A stretch of 64,000 nt of DNA from Myxococcota bacterium (GTDB taxonomy: Bacteria; Myxococcota_A; UBA796; SXON01). Shown here one piece after another: positions 39,564 to 49,420 of the stretch (positions within the stretch are counted from its first letter, which is position 1; every line of letters starts with the position of its first letter). The position numbers were made by a program, and so were the translations under genes. The notes beneath the pieces were generated by a model. It was not told where the DNA came from, searched no databases, and was given only the letters and a program-made list of their open reading frames with translations. The stretch covers positions 123,191-187,190 of the forward strand of contig JAZKFH010000038.1 in assembly GCA_040386535.1 (NCBI GenBank). The letters run 5' to 3'.

Positions 39564-39998
39564 ATGTCCACCGTCTCCTCCTCGACCGCCTCCGTCCCCA
39601 CCACCGGCAAGGGCCTCCACATCGGCCTCTGGGTCGTCCAGGGGCTCCTCGCCGCCGCCTTCGGCCTGGCGGGCGTCATGAAGCTCACGACGCCCATCGC
39701 CGAGCTCGCCCAGACCCTCCCGTGGGTCACCGAGTCGGGCGCGGGCCTCGTCCGCTTCATCGGCGCCAGCGAGCTCGCCGGCGCGGTCGGCCTCATCCTG
39801 CCCTCCGCGCTCCGCATCCAGCCCAAGCTGACCGCCCTCGCCGCCGCCGGCCTCGTCCTCGTCATGATCCTCGCCTCCGCCTTCCACCTCTCGCGCGGCG
39901 AGGGCGCGGCCGTCCCCGTCAACCTCGTCCTCGGCGGGCTCGCCGCGTTCGTGGCGTGGGGGCGGTGGTCGGGGCGGCCGATCGCGGCGCGGGGGTGA
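39564..39998 (+). CDS. DoxX family membrane protein
   Basis: LWVVQGLLAAAF..AG.MK, RFIG.SEL.GAVGLILP, LAAAGL..MILA..FH. Confidence 0.9.
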   Translation: MSTVSSSTASVPTTGKGLHIGLWVVQGLLAAAFGLAGVMKLTTPIAELAQTLPWVTESGAGLVRFIGASELAGAVGLILPSALRIQPKLTALAAAGLVLVMILASAFHLSRGEGAAVPVNLVLGGLAAFVAWGRWSGRPIAARG

Positions 39999-40224
39999 GG
40001 TCGTTGCCGCATCGTAGGTAGCCGCATCCGGGCGCATCCCTGGGCCGAGCCCAGGGTCGGTCCCCTCTGGACTCGGCGCGAGCGCCTCGGTTGCCGCTCC
40101 CCGGGCTGCCGCCCGGGCGCGCCGAACCGCGCCTCCCTCCGGTCGGCGCGCCCGCCGGGCACCTTGCGCGGGTGGTGGTGGGCGGGGTGGTCAGGGGGCG
40201 AGCTTCGCGAGGAGCGCGCCCGAA

Positions 40225-40426
40225 CGGCAACAACTCGGGGTCTCGGCATCGAGCCTCCGAGTTGTTTCCGAACTCTTACGCAACACGACGATTGCTCGAC
40301 GGGCGAACGCCGGTAATTCATGGTCGCGACGCGTCAGTGTTGGTCCTGGCGCCTGGCCTGACGCGCGGCGGCGACAATTGCGGCAGCAACTCGGGGTCTC
40401 GCCATCGAGCCTCCGAGTTGTTGCCG
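40225..40426. repeat. Two 46-bp palindromic units (CAACTCGG...CCGAGTTG) separated by 110 bp
   Basis: 40225-40270 and 40381-40426 are nearly identical; each is a stem-loop. Confidence 0.85.
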
Positions 40427-40718
40427 CGCTGGTGCCGCGGCACGCCGCGGCCGCCGCCCGAGCGCGGCCAGCGGCCTGGGCCCGAGCGCGGCCGCGCCGC
40501 TCGAGCGCGGCCCGCGGCCTGGGCCCGAGCGCTGCCGCGCCGCCCGAGCGCGGCGCTCCGGTCCCCCTGCCCGACCTCCTCCACGCACCACCCCCCCTCC
40601 CGGTTCCCCCCAAACCCACCCAAACCCCCCACCCGACCGTCCCCACTACCAGCCCCCCGGTGCCCGCCCCCGCCCCCCGCGAACGGTGCTACCTTGCGCC
40701 CCTTCGGCGGAGCGGCGC

Positions 40719-43700
40719 GTGCGCACGTGGTGGATCGGAGCGGGCGGGCTCTTTGTCGTGACCCAGATGGCGCTCGCGGCGCCGCCCGACGCCACGCCTC
40801 CAACTCCGCCGTCGACCACCGCACCCCCCGCCCCCGCCCCCGCCGCCGCCTCCCCCTTCACCCTCCTCGAAGGCCAGGAGGTCGCCCGCACCCTCCCGCT
40901 GCGCGACTTCGCCCAGCAGGTGTTCGGCTACAACCACGACGGCGGGCGGATCCTCGCGGCCGACGCGGAGGGGCCCGTGCTGCTCGACGTGCGCGGCCAG
41001 CCCCGCACGCGCCTGGAGTGCCCCCAGGATGACGGCGGCGCCGCGATCGACGTGAGTCACGGCCGCGACGGCACCGTGGTGGCCGCGCTCTTCGCGAACG
41101 GGCGCGCGTGCGTGTGGGACACCGCCAACGGGGCGCTGCTCTCCAGCAAGAGCCGCGACATCGCCGCGATGGCCCTGGGCGACCGCGACTCGCTCGTGTA
41201 CGGCTACGCCGACGGCAAACTCGAAGGGCGCAACGCCCGGACGGGCGCCCGCCGGTGGCAGCGAAACCCCGATCTGGGCCCGATCGTGCACCTGCGCTTC
41301 CAGGCGCGCGGCCCGCTCGTGGCGGCGAGCACCGGGGCCAATGGCGTGGCGGTGGTCGACACGCGGTCGGGCCGGCTCGTGCGCGGGATCCGCGGGGCGC
41401 CGGCGTGGGCGGCGGCGTTCGACCCGACGAGCGACCGGATGGCGGTCGGCCGCGCGAACGGCCGCGTCGAGCTCTGGAACACGAAGCAGTGGTTCTCGCG
41501 CGACACGGTGCGCTTCACGGGCGGGCAGGTGGTCGACGTCGACTTCTCGCCCGACGGCACGCAGCTCGCCGCGGCCATGGTGACCGGCGAGGGCGCCGCG
41601 CGCGTCGTGACGCTCGAGGTGTGGGACTTCCCCATCGGCGAGCTCGTGTTCCGCGAGGTCGTGCCCGCCGGCCCCGGCCCCACGCGCACCCGCTTCGACA
41701 CCAGCGGCGACCGCCTCCTCGCCGGCAACGGCCCCGGCGCCAACAGCCTCGTGGCGGGCAACGGCCCCGGCGCCTCGCGCCTGTGGAGCCGCCCCGGCGC
41801 CCGCCAGATCCCACGCGCGCTCCCGAACGACGAGCCGCCCCACCACCGGCCCCTCCCCGAGGCCCAGATCCTCGCGGCGCTCACGACGGTCCCCGCCGAT
41901 CGGACGCTCGCGGGCGCCGTCGCGATGGCGCCCGACGGGCGGCAGGTGCTCGTGCGCGCATCCGCCACGCCCGTCGCCCCGACCTCCACCGCCCCCATCC
42001 TCTCTCTCGTCGACCTCGCCACCGGCGAAGCCCGGCCGCTCCCCGGCTCCACCGACGCCGTGGGCCCCTTCGTGTACGCCGCCGAGGGCGGGCGCGTGGG
42101 CGCGGTCGTCGGCGGGGCGATGCACGTCTGGGACAGCGGCACCGCCGCGCTCCTGGGGCGCGTGTCGCTCGCCGGGCCCACGGCCGCCTCGCTGCTTGGC
42201 GAGCGTATCGCCCTCACGACGGCCGACGGCAAGGTGTACGTCGGCACGCTCGAACGCATGCGGGCCGTGCCCGGGGTGACCAACGCGACCGCCGTGGCAC
42301 TCGACCCCCTCCACACCGACCGCGTGGCCGTGGGCACTGCCGACGGTGGCGTGCGCATCCTCGACGTTCGCAAGGGCGTCGCCGTCGGCCAGTGGGGCAT
42401 CCACGCCGGGGCCATCGGCGCGCTCGCGTTCTCGGCGGACGGCCGTTTCCTCGCCACCGCCGGCCCCCGCGCAGGCGGCGACAGCGCCGCGGTCACCGTG
42501 CTCGCCGCGCTCCCCGACGACGAGACCGACCCGTGGGCCGCCGTGGTCGACACCCTCCCCACCCGCCTCGCCTTCGGAGCCGACGGCGACAGCGTCGTGG
42601 CGGTGTCCGCCCGCGGTGTGACCGTGGTGCGCCGCGAGGTCGGCACCGTGCTCGCGCTCTCCGCCCCCGCGGTCGACGCCGCCTTCTCCACCCTCTCCGC
42701 ACCTTCTGGCGCCGGCCTGCGCTGGGTCGACACCCTCGGCGCGGTCCGCCCCGTCACGATCGCCGCCGCCGCGTTGCCGTCCGTCCCTCGCGGCAAGCCC
42801 TTCGCCACCTCGGCCGACGGTCGCTTCTCCGTGACCGCCGACGCCGACCGCATCTCCGTCTGGAACGACCGTTCCGGGCTCCTGTTGCGCGATCTGCCCG
42901 CCGCCGGCCAGGCCGCAGTCCGGTGCGTCTTCGCCGACGACGGCGACACGATCGCGGTGCTCTACGCCGACCGCTCCATCGAGATCTACGAGATCGAGAC
43001 CGGCGAGGTGCTCCGCAACCTCGAGGGCCCCCCGGTCGAGACCGGCGACTGGGCCCGCTTCAGCGACGACGGCGCCTTGTTGTGGACCCTGGCCGGCCCC
43101 CGCGAGATCGTCGGGTGGGACATCGCCACGGGCACCGCGCGCGAGCGGCTGGCGGTCCCGGGCGAGGGGCCCCTCCGCGCCGACGACTCCCGCGCGCTGG
43201 CCCGCTTCGTGCGTATCAGCGACACGACGACGGAGGCGTGGCTCGACACCGCCGCCACCCCGTCCATGCGCCTCACGTACACGTCGGGCGGCTTCCGCCC
43301 GGTCGCGGTGCACCCCAACGGCAAGCTCGTGGCGGCCGTGCAGGAGGGCGGGATCGCGCGCCTGGACGTCGACACCTCGCGCCGCGTCGGGCCGCTCCTG
43401 CGCGTCGAGGGCCAGGAGCCCGGCCGGGCCGCGGCCTTCTCGGCGGACGGCGCGTGGCTCGCCGTCGCCTATTCCACTGGGCTCGTCCGCATCTGGGATC
43501 TGCAGCGCAACGTGGTCGTCGCCAGCCTGGGCGTCGATGCCCGGCAGGTCGGGCGCGCCGCCGCGCTGCCGGTGGCCTCGCTCGCGTTCGACGCCGCCGG
43601 CGAGCTCGTCCTCGCGCGCGACCCGACCGGCTATCCGCGGCTCTTCGAGTGGCGCCTCTCGATGGAGGCCCCACAGGCCGGCCTCGGCGCCGGCCCCGTG

Positions 43701-44522
43701 CTCCCGAGCGCCGAGGTGACCGCCCTCGCCGTCTCCCCCAACGGCCGCACCCTCTTCAGTGCCCATGGGGACGCGAACGCGCGCGCCTGGGACGTCGTGA
43801 CCGGCGCCCAGACCGCCTTCTTCTGGGGCCACGCCGCGCGCATCACCTCGCTCGGCGTGGCCGCGGGCGGCAACCGCCTCGTGACCGGCAGCGAAGACGG
43901 CAGCGTGCGCGCGTGGGAGGTCTCGTCCGCCCTCGAGAAGGTGGCCGTCAACACCTTCGCCGACCCCGTGCGGACCCTCGCCGTGAGCGCCGACGGCTGG
44001 CGTTTCGCCGCCCTCGGAGACGCCGGCGTCTTGCGCACCTGGGACGGCGCCAAGGGCCGCGCTTTGCGACGCTGGGCGCTCCCCGCCCGCCCCGGCGGCC
44101 TCCCCGACCTCGAGCTGGGCCCCGCCGGCGAGCGCCTCGGCGTGGCCTTCCCCGACAACGTCGGCACCGCGTGGCTGCTCGATCCCGCCACGGGTGCGGT
44201 GGCGCCGTCGCGCTCGTCCCCGCTGTCCCGGGAAGCGCCGCCCGTCGGCGACCCCTCCACCATCGCGACCGTACGCGCGCTCGCCGCGGGCCTCTCGCCT
44301 ATCACGGCCGAGGTCCTGACGCCCGACGGCGCCACGCTCGTCACCGCCGGCGCCGACGGCCACATCCGCCTCTGGGACGTGCCCACCGCCTCGCTCCGCG
44401 GCACCCTCACGGCGCTGCTCGACGGCAGCTGGGTCATCGACCGTCCCGACGGCACCCGCTTCGGCAGCGAGTCCTTGCGCGACGGCACGGCGCCGCTGCT
44501 GTACCGCCCGCCGCCGCAGTAG
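40719..44522 (+). CDS. Large exported WD40/beta-propeller repeat protein
   Basis: Many WD-type repeats (FSPDG..LA, GHAARIT, VTGSEDGSVRAWE, TAGADGHIRLWD); signal-like N-terminus and Pro-rich linker; exact start uncertain. Confidence 0.88.
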   Translation: MRTWWIGAGGLFVVTQMALAAPPDATPPTPPSTTAPPAPAPAAASPFTLLEGQEVARTLPLRDFAQQVFGYNHDGGRILAADAEGPVLLDVRGQPRTRLECPQDDGGAAIDVSHGRDGTVVAALFANGRACVWDTANGALLSSKSRDIAAMALGDRDSLVYGYADGKLEGRNARTGARRWQRNPDLGPIVHLRFQARGPLVAASTGANGVAVVDTRSGRLVRGIRGAPAWAAAFDPTSDRMAVGRANGRVELWNTKQWFSRDTVRFTGGQVVDVDFSPDGTQLAAAMVTGEGAARVVTLEVWDFPIGELVFREVVPAGPGPTRTRFDTSGDRLLAGNGPGANSLVAGNGPGASRLWSRPGARQIPRALPNDEPPHHRPLPEAQILAALTTVPADRTLAGAVAMAPDGRQVLVRASATPVAPTSTAPILSLVDLATGEARPLPGSTDAVGPFVYAAEGGRVGAVVGGAMHVWDSGTAALLGRVSLAGPTAASLLGERIALTTADGKVYVGTLERMRAVPGVTNATAVALDPLHTDRVAVGTADGGVRILDVRKGVAVGQWGIHAGAIGALAFSADGRFLATAGPRAGGDSAAVTVLAALPDDETDPWAAVVDTLPTRLAFGADGDSVVAVSARGVTVVRREVGTVLALSAPAVDAAFSTLSAPSGAGLRWVDTLGAVRPVTIAAAALPSVPRGKPFATSADGRFSVTADADRISVWNDRSGLLLRDLPAAGQAAVRCVFADDGDTIAVLYADRSIEIYEIETGEVLRNLEGPPVETGDWARFSDDGALLWTLAGPREIVGWDIATGTARERLAVPGEGPLRADDSRALARFVRISDTTTEAWLDTAATPSMRLTYTSGGFRPVAVHPNGKLVAAVQEGGIARLDVDTSRRVGPLLRVEGQEPGRAAAFSADGAWLAVAYSTGLVRIWDLQRNVVVASLGVDARQVGRAAALPVASLAFDAAGELVLARDPTGYPRLFEWRLSMEAPQAGLGAGPVLPSAEVTALAVSPNGRTLFSAHGDANARAWDVVTGAQTAFFWGHAARITSLGVAAGGNRLVTGSEDGSVRAWEVSSALEKVAVNTFADPVRTLAVSADGWRFAALGDAGVLRTWDGAKGRALRRWALPARPGGLPDLELGPAGERLGVAFPDNVGTAWLLDPATGAVAPSRSSPLSREAPPVGDPSTIATVRALAAGLSPITAEVLTPDGATLVTAGADGHIRLWDVPTASLRGTLTALLDGSWVIDRPDGTRFGSESLRDGTAPLLYRPPPQ

Positions 44523-44531
44523 GAGGGCATC

Positions 44532-44744
44532 TTGTTCCTGTTCCTGTTGGCAATCGGCTGCGCCGGTGGCGAGTGCGTCGTGTTCCAGGACACCTGCGAT
44601 TGCGACGCCGCGCCGACCTGCGTGTCGAGCGCGCAGGCCGAGGCCGAGGATCAGTGCGACATCGACTGCAGCCGCGTGGACTCGGGCGCCCAGCCCCCGG
44701 GCACGTGCGCCGCTGACGACGAGGGGACGTGCCGCTTCGAGTAG
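44532..44744 (+). CDS. Small Cys-rich acidic lipoprotein
   Basis: SD AGGAGG; LAIGC lipobox; 8 further Cys in 70 aa. Confidence 0.6.
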   Translation: MFLFLLAIGCAGGECVVFQDTCDCDAAPTCVSSAQAEAEDQCDIDCSRVDSGAQPPGTCAADDEGTCRFE

Positions 44745-44901
44745 GCTGATGTTCACGAGGGCCCTCCGCGGGGTCCGGCGAACCAGGGGTCTCGAACCGC
44801 GCCGCCCGCGGGTCCCGGCGCCGCGGCGGCGCCGACCGCGGGCATGGGCATGCCGCGTTCTTCGTCGGGCGCGCGTGACCGTCACGGCCCTCGCCGCACG
44901 G

Positions 44902-45490
44902 TCTCCATGCCTATGCACGTCCCTCAGTCCGCGAGTACGAGGGCGTCGAGGTCCGAGGTCATGCCCCCTTCAACGCCGCTAAATCGGAGTCATGCCCCCG
45001 TGAACGCCCAAATCGAGGCTCGCTCGGCGCGCCCTCCACGGAGCAAGCGGCGTTTTTCGCGCTGGGACAAGCGCCTTCAGCCTGGATCCGTGCATTCAAC
45101 CAGACATGACTCCGTGCCGCGTGCACTCATGGGGACATGACCCTGCGGCTCGGGAGCGACGGCCGGCTGGGACGCGCGGACGCCTGGGCGACGCGCATCG
45201 GCATGGGTGTCTCATCCGGCGAGTTCGGCGCGTCCTGCCTGCTGTCGGACAGGCCCCCGGGGTTCGCCCGCAGCCCGGAACGCTGGGCTTCGCCCCGTTG
45301 CGCGCGCCCAAGTGGAGCCCGCACCGCCACACCAGACCGCGGTGCAAGCACGCATCCCGCGCCAGGTGCCGGGAGGGGCGGCCGCGCGGGCGCGGCCGGA
45401 TCGGCGCCGCCGGGCGCGCGTCAGCGCCCGGGAGGCGCCAGCCGAGGCCGCAGGCCGCGCCCCGTACGGGACCGCCCCGCAGGGGGGCGC
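44902..45490. repeat. Composite repeat copy B: GTCATGCC nested-palindrome core plus forward arm
   Basis: 44902-45147 closely matches 63175-63420 (e.g. gaggtccgaggtcatgcccccttcaacgccgctaaatcggagtcatgcccccgtgaacgcccaa is identical); arm motif from 45356. Confidence 0.9.
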
Positions 45491-46851
45491 CCGCGTCGTG
45501 CCACTCCCACTGCCACCAACCCGAGCATCCACCCGCTCCCAAGCCGGCCGCCCGTGTCACATCCACAGCCGTCACCGCCGTCATCTGTGTCACCGCCGGT
45601 GTCCGTGTCACCCGTGTCGGCTTCCACGGGGGCGCATGCCGCCACGTCGGAGGCGCTCCCGAGGCAGGTGAGCACCTTGGTGGAGTCCTCGGCCAACGTC
45701 GGGTTGCTGCCGACGAGCCAATACTCGCCGGCGGGGAGGTCGCCGAGGGCGGTCGGAGTGGTGGTGCCCGCGAAGCTGGCGAGGGCGTCGGTCACGTCGC
45801 CGTCGGCGGTGGTGCCGTGCAGGCTGAACGCGAGCTCGGGGGCGTCGATCTCGGTGGCAAACCACACCTCGCCGCCACCGTGCTCGAGCGTGTAGTAGGT
45901 GGCCGCCAACGGGTAGAAACGGTTGTCGTCCACGATGGCGGCGCCGGAGGCCTCGGCCACGGGGGGGCCGATGCGCGAGGCGAACGGGTAGCTGGGCCCC
46001 GCGCCGGAGTAGCGGCCGGAAGCGAGGTTCCACCGCGCGAAGGTGCTGAAGTCGGCCTGGAGCGATCCGCCGCGCGCGGCCTGGATGTCGGCCATGTCGG
46101 CCAGCAGGTCGCCGCCCGTCTCGGAGGCCTCCAGCAGCTCGATGATCACGTCGTCGCCGTAGCGATCGGAGAGGTACCACCACCAGAGCGCGGTGGCGTA
46201 GGCGAACACGGGCACGGGGCCGGCGGGCGGCTCGTTCAGGGAGCGCCCGGTGTCTTCGAGGTAGGCGTCGCAGAAGGCGAGGAAGTCACTGTTCTCCTCG
46301 TCGTAGAGCTCCTCGGCCCACACCGCCGTGCCCTCGCTGAACCAGACCTCGATGTCGGCGTTGTAGGCGGCCTGGACGGCGTGGAACAACTCGTGCGAGG
46401 TGAGCACGCGGATCGCGGTGCTGACGTTCGCGTAGCCGTAGCCCGCAAAGTCGTTCTCCATCACGAAGAAGCCGGAGCATTGGGTGGGGCTGGAGGAGCA
46501 CACCTCGGCGGAATAGTTGCCATCCGCGTTGCCACCAAAATCGACGAGGTACACGTCCATGGCCTCGCTGCCGCCACGGCCCGCGTCGGAGAGCGGCGCG
46601 CGAAAGCCATTGTCGGCGTAGACACCGAGCACATCCTCTGCGGTGGTGCCGACCTCGTCCACGAAGTCGGGCACGCCGTTGCCATCGTCGTCCCCCTGCT
46701 TGACGAGGTTGGGCCCGTCCGTGCTGTACCAGACCCGCACGGTGCCCGAGGGGCTGTCGGCCGAGGTCACGGTGTCGCTGCTGTCGAAGCTGAAGAGGCC
46801 ACCTTCGGTGGGGCGTTGCGCGAGTGCCAGGCCCGAGAGGAGAAGGATCAC
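45421..46851 (-). CDS. MXAN_6640-like putative zinc metalloprotease with MYXO-CTERM-like tail
   Basis: DDDGNGVPDFVDEV, SHELFHAVQAAY (HExxH), WFSEGTAVWAE; GCGC-hydrophobic-RR tail. GTGA overlap with the S8 gene. Confidence 0.85.
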   Translation of the reverse strand: MILLLSGLALAQRPTEGGLFSFDSSDTVTSADSPSGTVRVWYSTDGPNLVKQGDDDGNGVPDFVDEVGTTAEDVLGVYADNGFRAPLSDAGRGGSEAMDVYLVDFGGNADGNYSAEVCSSSPTQCSGFFVMENDFAGYGYANVSTAIRVLTSHELFHAVQAAYNADIEVWFSEGTAVWAEELYDEENSDFLAFCDAYLEDTGRSLNEPPAGPVPVFAYATALWWWYLSDRYGDDVIIELLEASETGGDLLADMADIQAARGGSLQADFSTFARWNLASGRYSGAGPSYPFASRIGPPVAEASGAAIVDDNRFYPLAATYYTLEHGGGEVWFATEIDAPELAFSLHGTTADGDVTDALASFAGTTTPTALGDLPAGEYWLVGSNPTLAEDSTKVLTCLGSASDVAACAPVEADTGDTDTGGDTDDGGDGCGCDTGGRLGSGWMLGLVAVGVARRGRPPAGRSRTGRGLRPRLAPPGR

Positions 46852-48284
46852 GAGCGCCTCCGCACGAGGAGCAACAGGGGGGCCAGGCCCCACCACAGCG
46901 GAGGGGTAGAAGTGGAGGCGCATCCGCACGCGGCGGGCTCTTCCTCTTCGACAGGCAGCGGATCGTCGGCGGGGTAGAGCGCCTCCAGCATGCCGACCGC
47001 GGAGAGGCCGCCCCACCCGTAGGTGTCGTTTCGGCCCGACTCGTCGACCGGCATGAAGGGGGAGGGGACGGCGGTGGTGACGAGCAGATCCATCAGGTCG
47101 GCGGCCGAGAGGGTCGGGTCCTGCGCGACGGCCCACGCCGCGAGCCCGCTCGCCACCGGCGCCGCGGCGCTCGTGCCACCAAACGTGGTGGTCACGCCGT
47201 TGCCCGGCACGATGGTCACGGTGGCGCTCGGCGCGGCCAGATCGACCGCCGGGCCGGTGTTGGTATAGTTGGTCGGGTAGCCGTAGCTGTCACTCGCGGA
47301 GACACACAACACGTCTTCGAGGTCCTGCAACTCGCCGCTGTCGATGACACGATCGTCATTGCCGGCGGCGAACACCACCAAGGCTCCCAGCCCCCCGCGC
47401 GGCTCCGTGGCGGCGCGGTGGATGACCGCGGCCAGCGCCTCGGGCACCGGAAAGCTCTCGGTGAACCCCCACGAGTTGTTGATGACCGCCACGTCCATCG
47501 CGATGGCGTGTTCGAACGCCCGCACGTCGGCCGAGAGCGGCGTGCCGCTCCCCTCGCCGAGCAGCTTGATGGGGACCAACGTGCAGCTCGCGCACATCCC
47601 CACGATGCCCGCCGCGTTGTTCGCTCGCGCCGCGACGACGCCGCTCACGGACGTGCCATGCTCGTCACAAATCGTGGTGCCGCCGCTGGAACAATACTCG
47701 CCGGGCTCGGGCCGCGGATCGTCGTCGTCACTCCACGCGTCGTAGGGCGCCTGCACCGCGTCGACGAGGTCGGCGTGGTCGATGTCGATCCCCGAGTCGA
47801 TGACCGCGACCCACGTGTCCGCGCCGCCCATCGACACCGCGAACAGGCGCTCCATCTCGAGCTTCTCGAGGTACCACTGCCCGCCGTAGCTCGGGTCGTC
47901 GAACGAGAGCTCCTCGGAGGAGCCCGACGGGCCCTGCGGCAGCAGCACGTCGGGGAACACGTGGGTGAACCCCGGCGTGGCGGCGAGCATCGTTGCTGTC
48001 GCGATGGGATCCCGCGCGGAAACGAGCCACGACGGGCCTCCGAGCCATTCGGCGCCCTCGGGCGGCGCGACTCCGTCCGCCACGGTGACGACCACGGCGG
48101 CGCGCGACGGCAGCTCGACGCCGGGCCGGCCGTGCGTGCCCGGGAAACGATACACCGGGTATCCGGCGGACACCCGCACGAGCACCGGCGGCGCGTCCGG
48201 ATCGAAGCGGAGCCGCGCGGGCGCTGCCCCGGAGGCGGTCGCGTGGGGGAGGAGCGCGAGGCCCAGGAGCGTTGGCAGCAGCAT
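46848..48284 (-). CDS. S8 (subtilisin-like) serine peptidase with MYXO-CTERM-like tail
   Basis: VAVIDSG (Asp), HGTSVSG (His), FAAGN, GGTSAAAP (Ser); C-terminal CGCAS..LLLLVRRRS. Confidence 0.93.
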   Translation of the reverse strand: MLLPTLLGLALLPHATASGAAPARLRFDPDAPPVLVRVSAGYPVYRFPGTHGRPGVELPSRAAVVVTVADGVAPPEGAEWLGGPSWLVSARDPIATATMLAATPGFTHVFPDVLLPQGPSGSSEELSFDDPSYGGQWYLEKLEMERLFAVSMGGADTWVAVIDSGIDIDHADLVDAVQAPYDAWSDDDDPRPEPGEYCSSGGTTICDEHGTSVSGVVAARANNAAGIVGMCASCTLVPIKLLGEGSGTPLSADVRAFEHAIAMDVAVINNSWGFTESFPVPEALAAVIHRAATEPRGGLGALVVFAAGNDDRVIDSGELQDLEDVLCVSASDSYGYPTNYTNTGPAVDLAAPSATVTIVPGNGVTTTFGGTSAAAPVASGLAAWAVAQDPTLSAADLMDLLVTTAVPSPFMPVDESGRNDTYGWGGLSAVGMLEALYPADDPLPVEEEEPAACGCASTSTPPLWWGLAPLLLLVRRRS

Positions 48285-48318
48285 CCACCCGAGGATATCG
48301 AGCGCCCGTGAGGTCCGC

Positions 48319-49065
48319 ATGCGCTTTCTCCCCGCCCTCCTTCTCCTCGGCTGCCCGGAGCCGGGCTTGGACAAGGGTGGCGACGACACCGCGGCCTCGA
48401 CCCTCGAGCCGGTCTGCACCGAGCCCGAGCCTCCCACCTGTGTCGACGAGATGATCCTCGATCTCTCCCTGCACGACGACAAGGTGACCGAGGGCGAGGT
48501 CACCACCGAGACCGACGGGGACGATTTCGTCACCTCCATCGACGCGAGCGCCGGCGGTTACAGCCAGGCCGCCGAGAACGCCTGGGTCTACGTCCGCTTC
48601 GGGTCCGACGGCGCCGAGCGCATCGACATCGACGACGAGACCGCGCTCGAAGACATGACCTGGCACCTCGCCCTCCGCCGCTTCATCGTGCGCATCAACA
48701 GCGGCGACAGCGGCTCCTCTTGTGTCGGCGCGGCCGCCATGATCGGCTTCGAGTACGCCGACATCACCGAGGTTCCCGAGGGCATCACCTACCTCGAAGA
48801 CGACTACTACACCGACGACTGCACCATCATCAACGACTCCTCCGGCCTCCCCGGCAGCCCCCAAGTGGCGATGGGCGCCTGGTGGTCCTACTCGAGCTGC
48901 GTCGAGACCACCGAAACCCCCATGCTCCTCCAACTCGAAGACGGCCGCGTCATCAAGCTCGTCATCGAGAAGTACTACGCCGACGAAGGCCAGAACCAGT
49001 GCAACAACCGCGGCAGCACCGACGCGGAGAGCGGCTTCTACCAGATCCGGTGGGCGGAGCTCTAA
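48319..49065 (+). CDS. HmuY-like lipoprotein
   Basis: LLGC lipobox; IDASAGG...WVYVRF, WHLALRRF..RINSG, KLVIEKYY, G..QIRW. Confidence 0.75.
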   Translation: MRFLPALLLLGCPEPGLDKGGDDTAASTLEPVCTEPEPPTCVDEMILDLSLHDDKVTEGEVTTETDGDDFVTSIDASAGGYSQAAENAWVYVRFGSDGAERIDIDDETALEDMTWHLALRRFIVRINSGDSGSSCVGAAAMIGFEYADITEVPEGITYLEDDYYTDDCTIINDSSGLPGSPQVAMGAWWSYSSCVETTETPMLLQLEDGRVIKLVIEKYYADEGQNQCNNRGSTDAESGFYQIRWAEL

Positions 49066-49420
49066 GCTCCTCTTTCGTTCAGGCTTGACGAGCGCTGCGG
49101 AGGCGTCCGAGTCCGAGTACGGGCCGTGGGGATACGGCCAACCTGGGCGCCTCCCCCGCTCGACAACCACGATCCGTCAGGAGGGGTGTGGCCCGCCTGC
49201 AGCCGGGTCCGCCGGGGGGGCCCCTTTGGGGGGAACCGGCGGGGGCCCCCCTCACGCCTCGCTTTGCGCTCGGCTCCGGGGGCGGGCGTCGTTCGCTGGC
49301 GGGCTTGCCGCCCGCCTCCCTCGCAGTGCTCGGGCCGCTCACTGTGCGAGCCCTAGCGGGCTCCGGATGCGGTTCTGGCGGGCCGCGCCCCTCCGGTGAG
49401 CGGAACGCAGGTTTCGACGG

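Noticed and set aside
40689..44918. 1409-aa minus-strand ORF
   Set aside because: Antisense shadow of the WD40 gene; stop-poor frames are expected at this GC content.
44844..45140. Similar short ORFs (RSEVMPPSTPLNRSHAPVNAQ) at 44.9 kb and 63.2 kb as a protein family
   Set aside because: Similarity follows from the DNA repeat; the divergent third copy preserves the inverted DNA motifs and their spacing, and no coding signal was evident.
49140..49400. Hairpin-rich gap between convergent genes as tRNA/ncRNA
   Set aside because: No cloverleaf or recognisable RNA family; may be a terminator or a remote arm-repeat relative, not supportable by eye.
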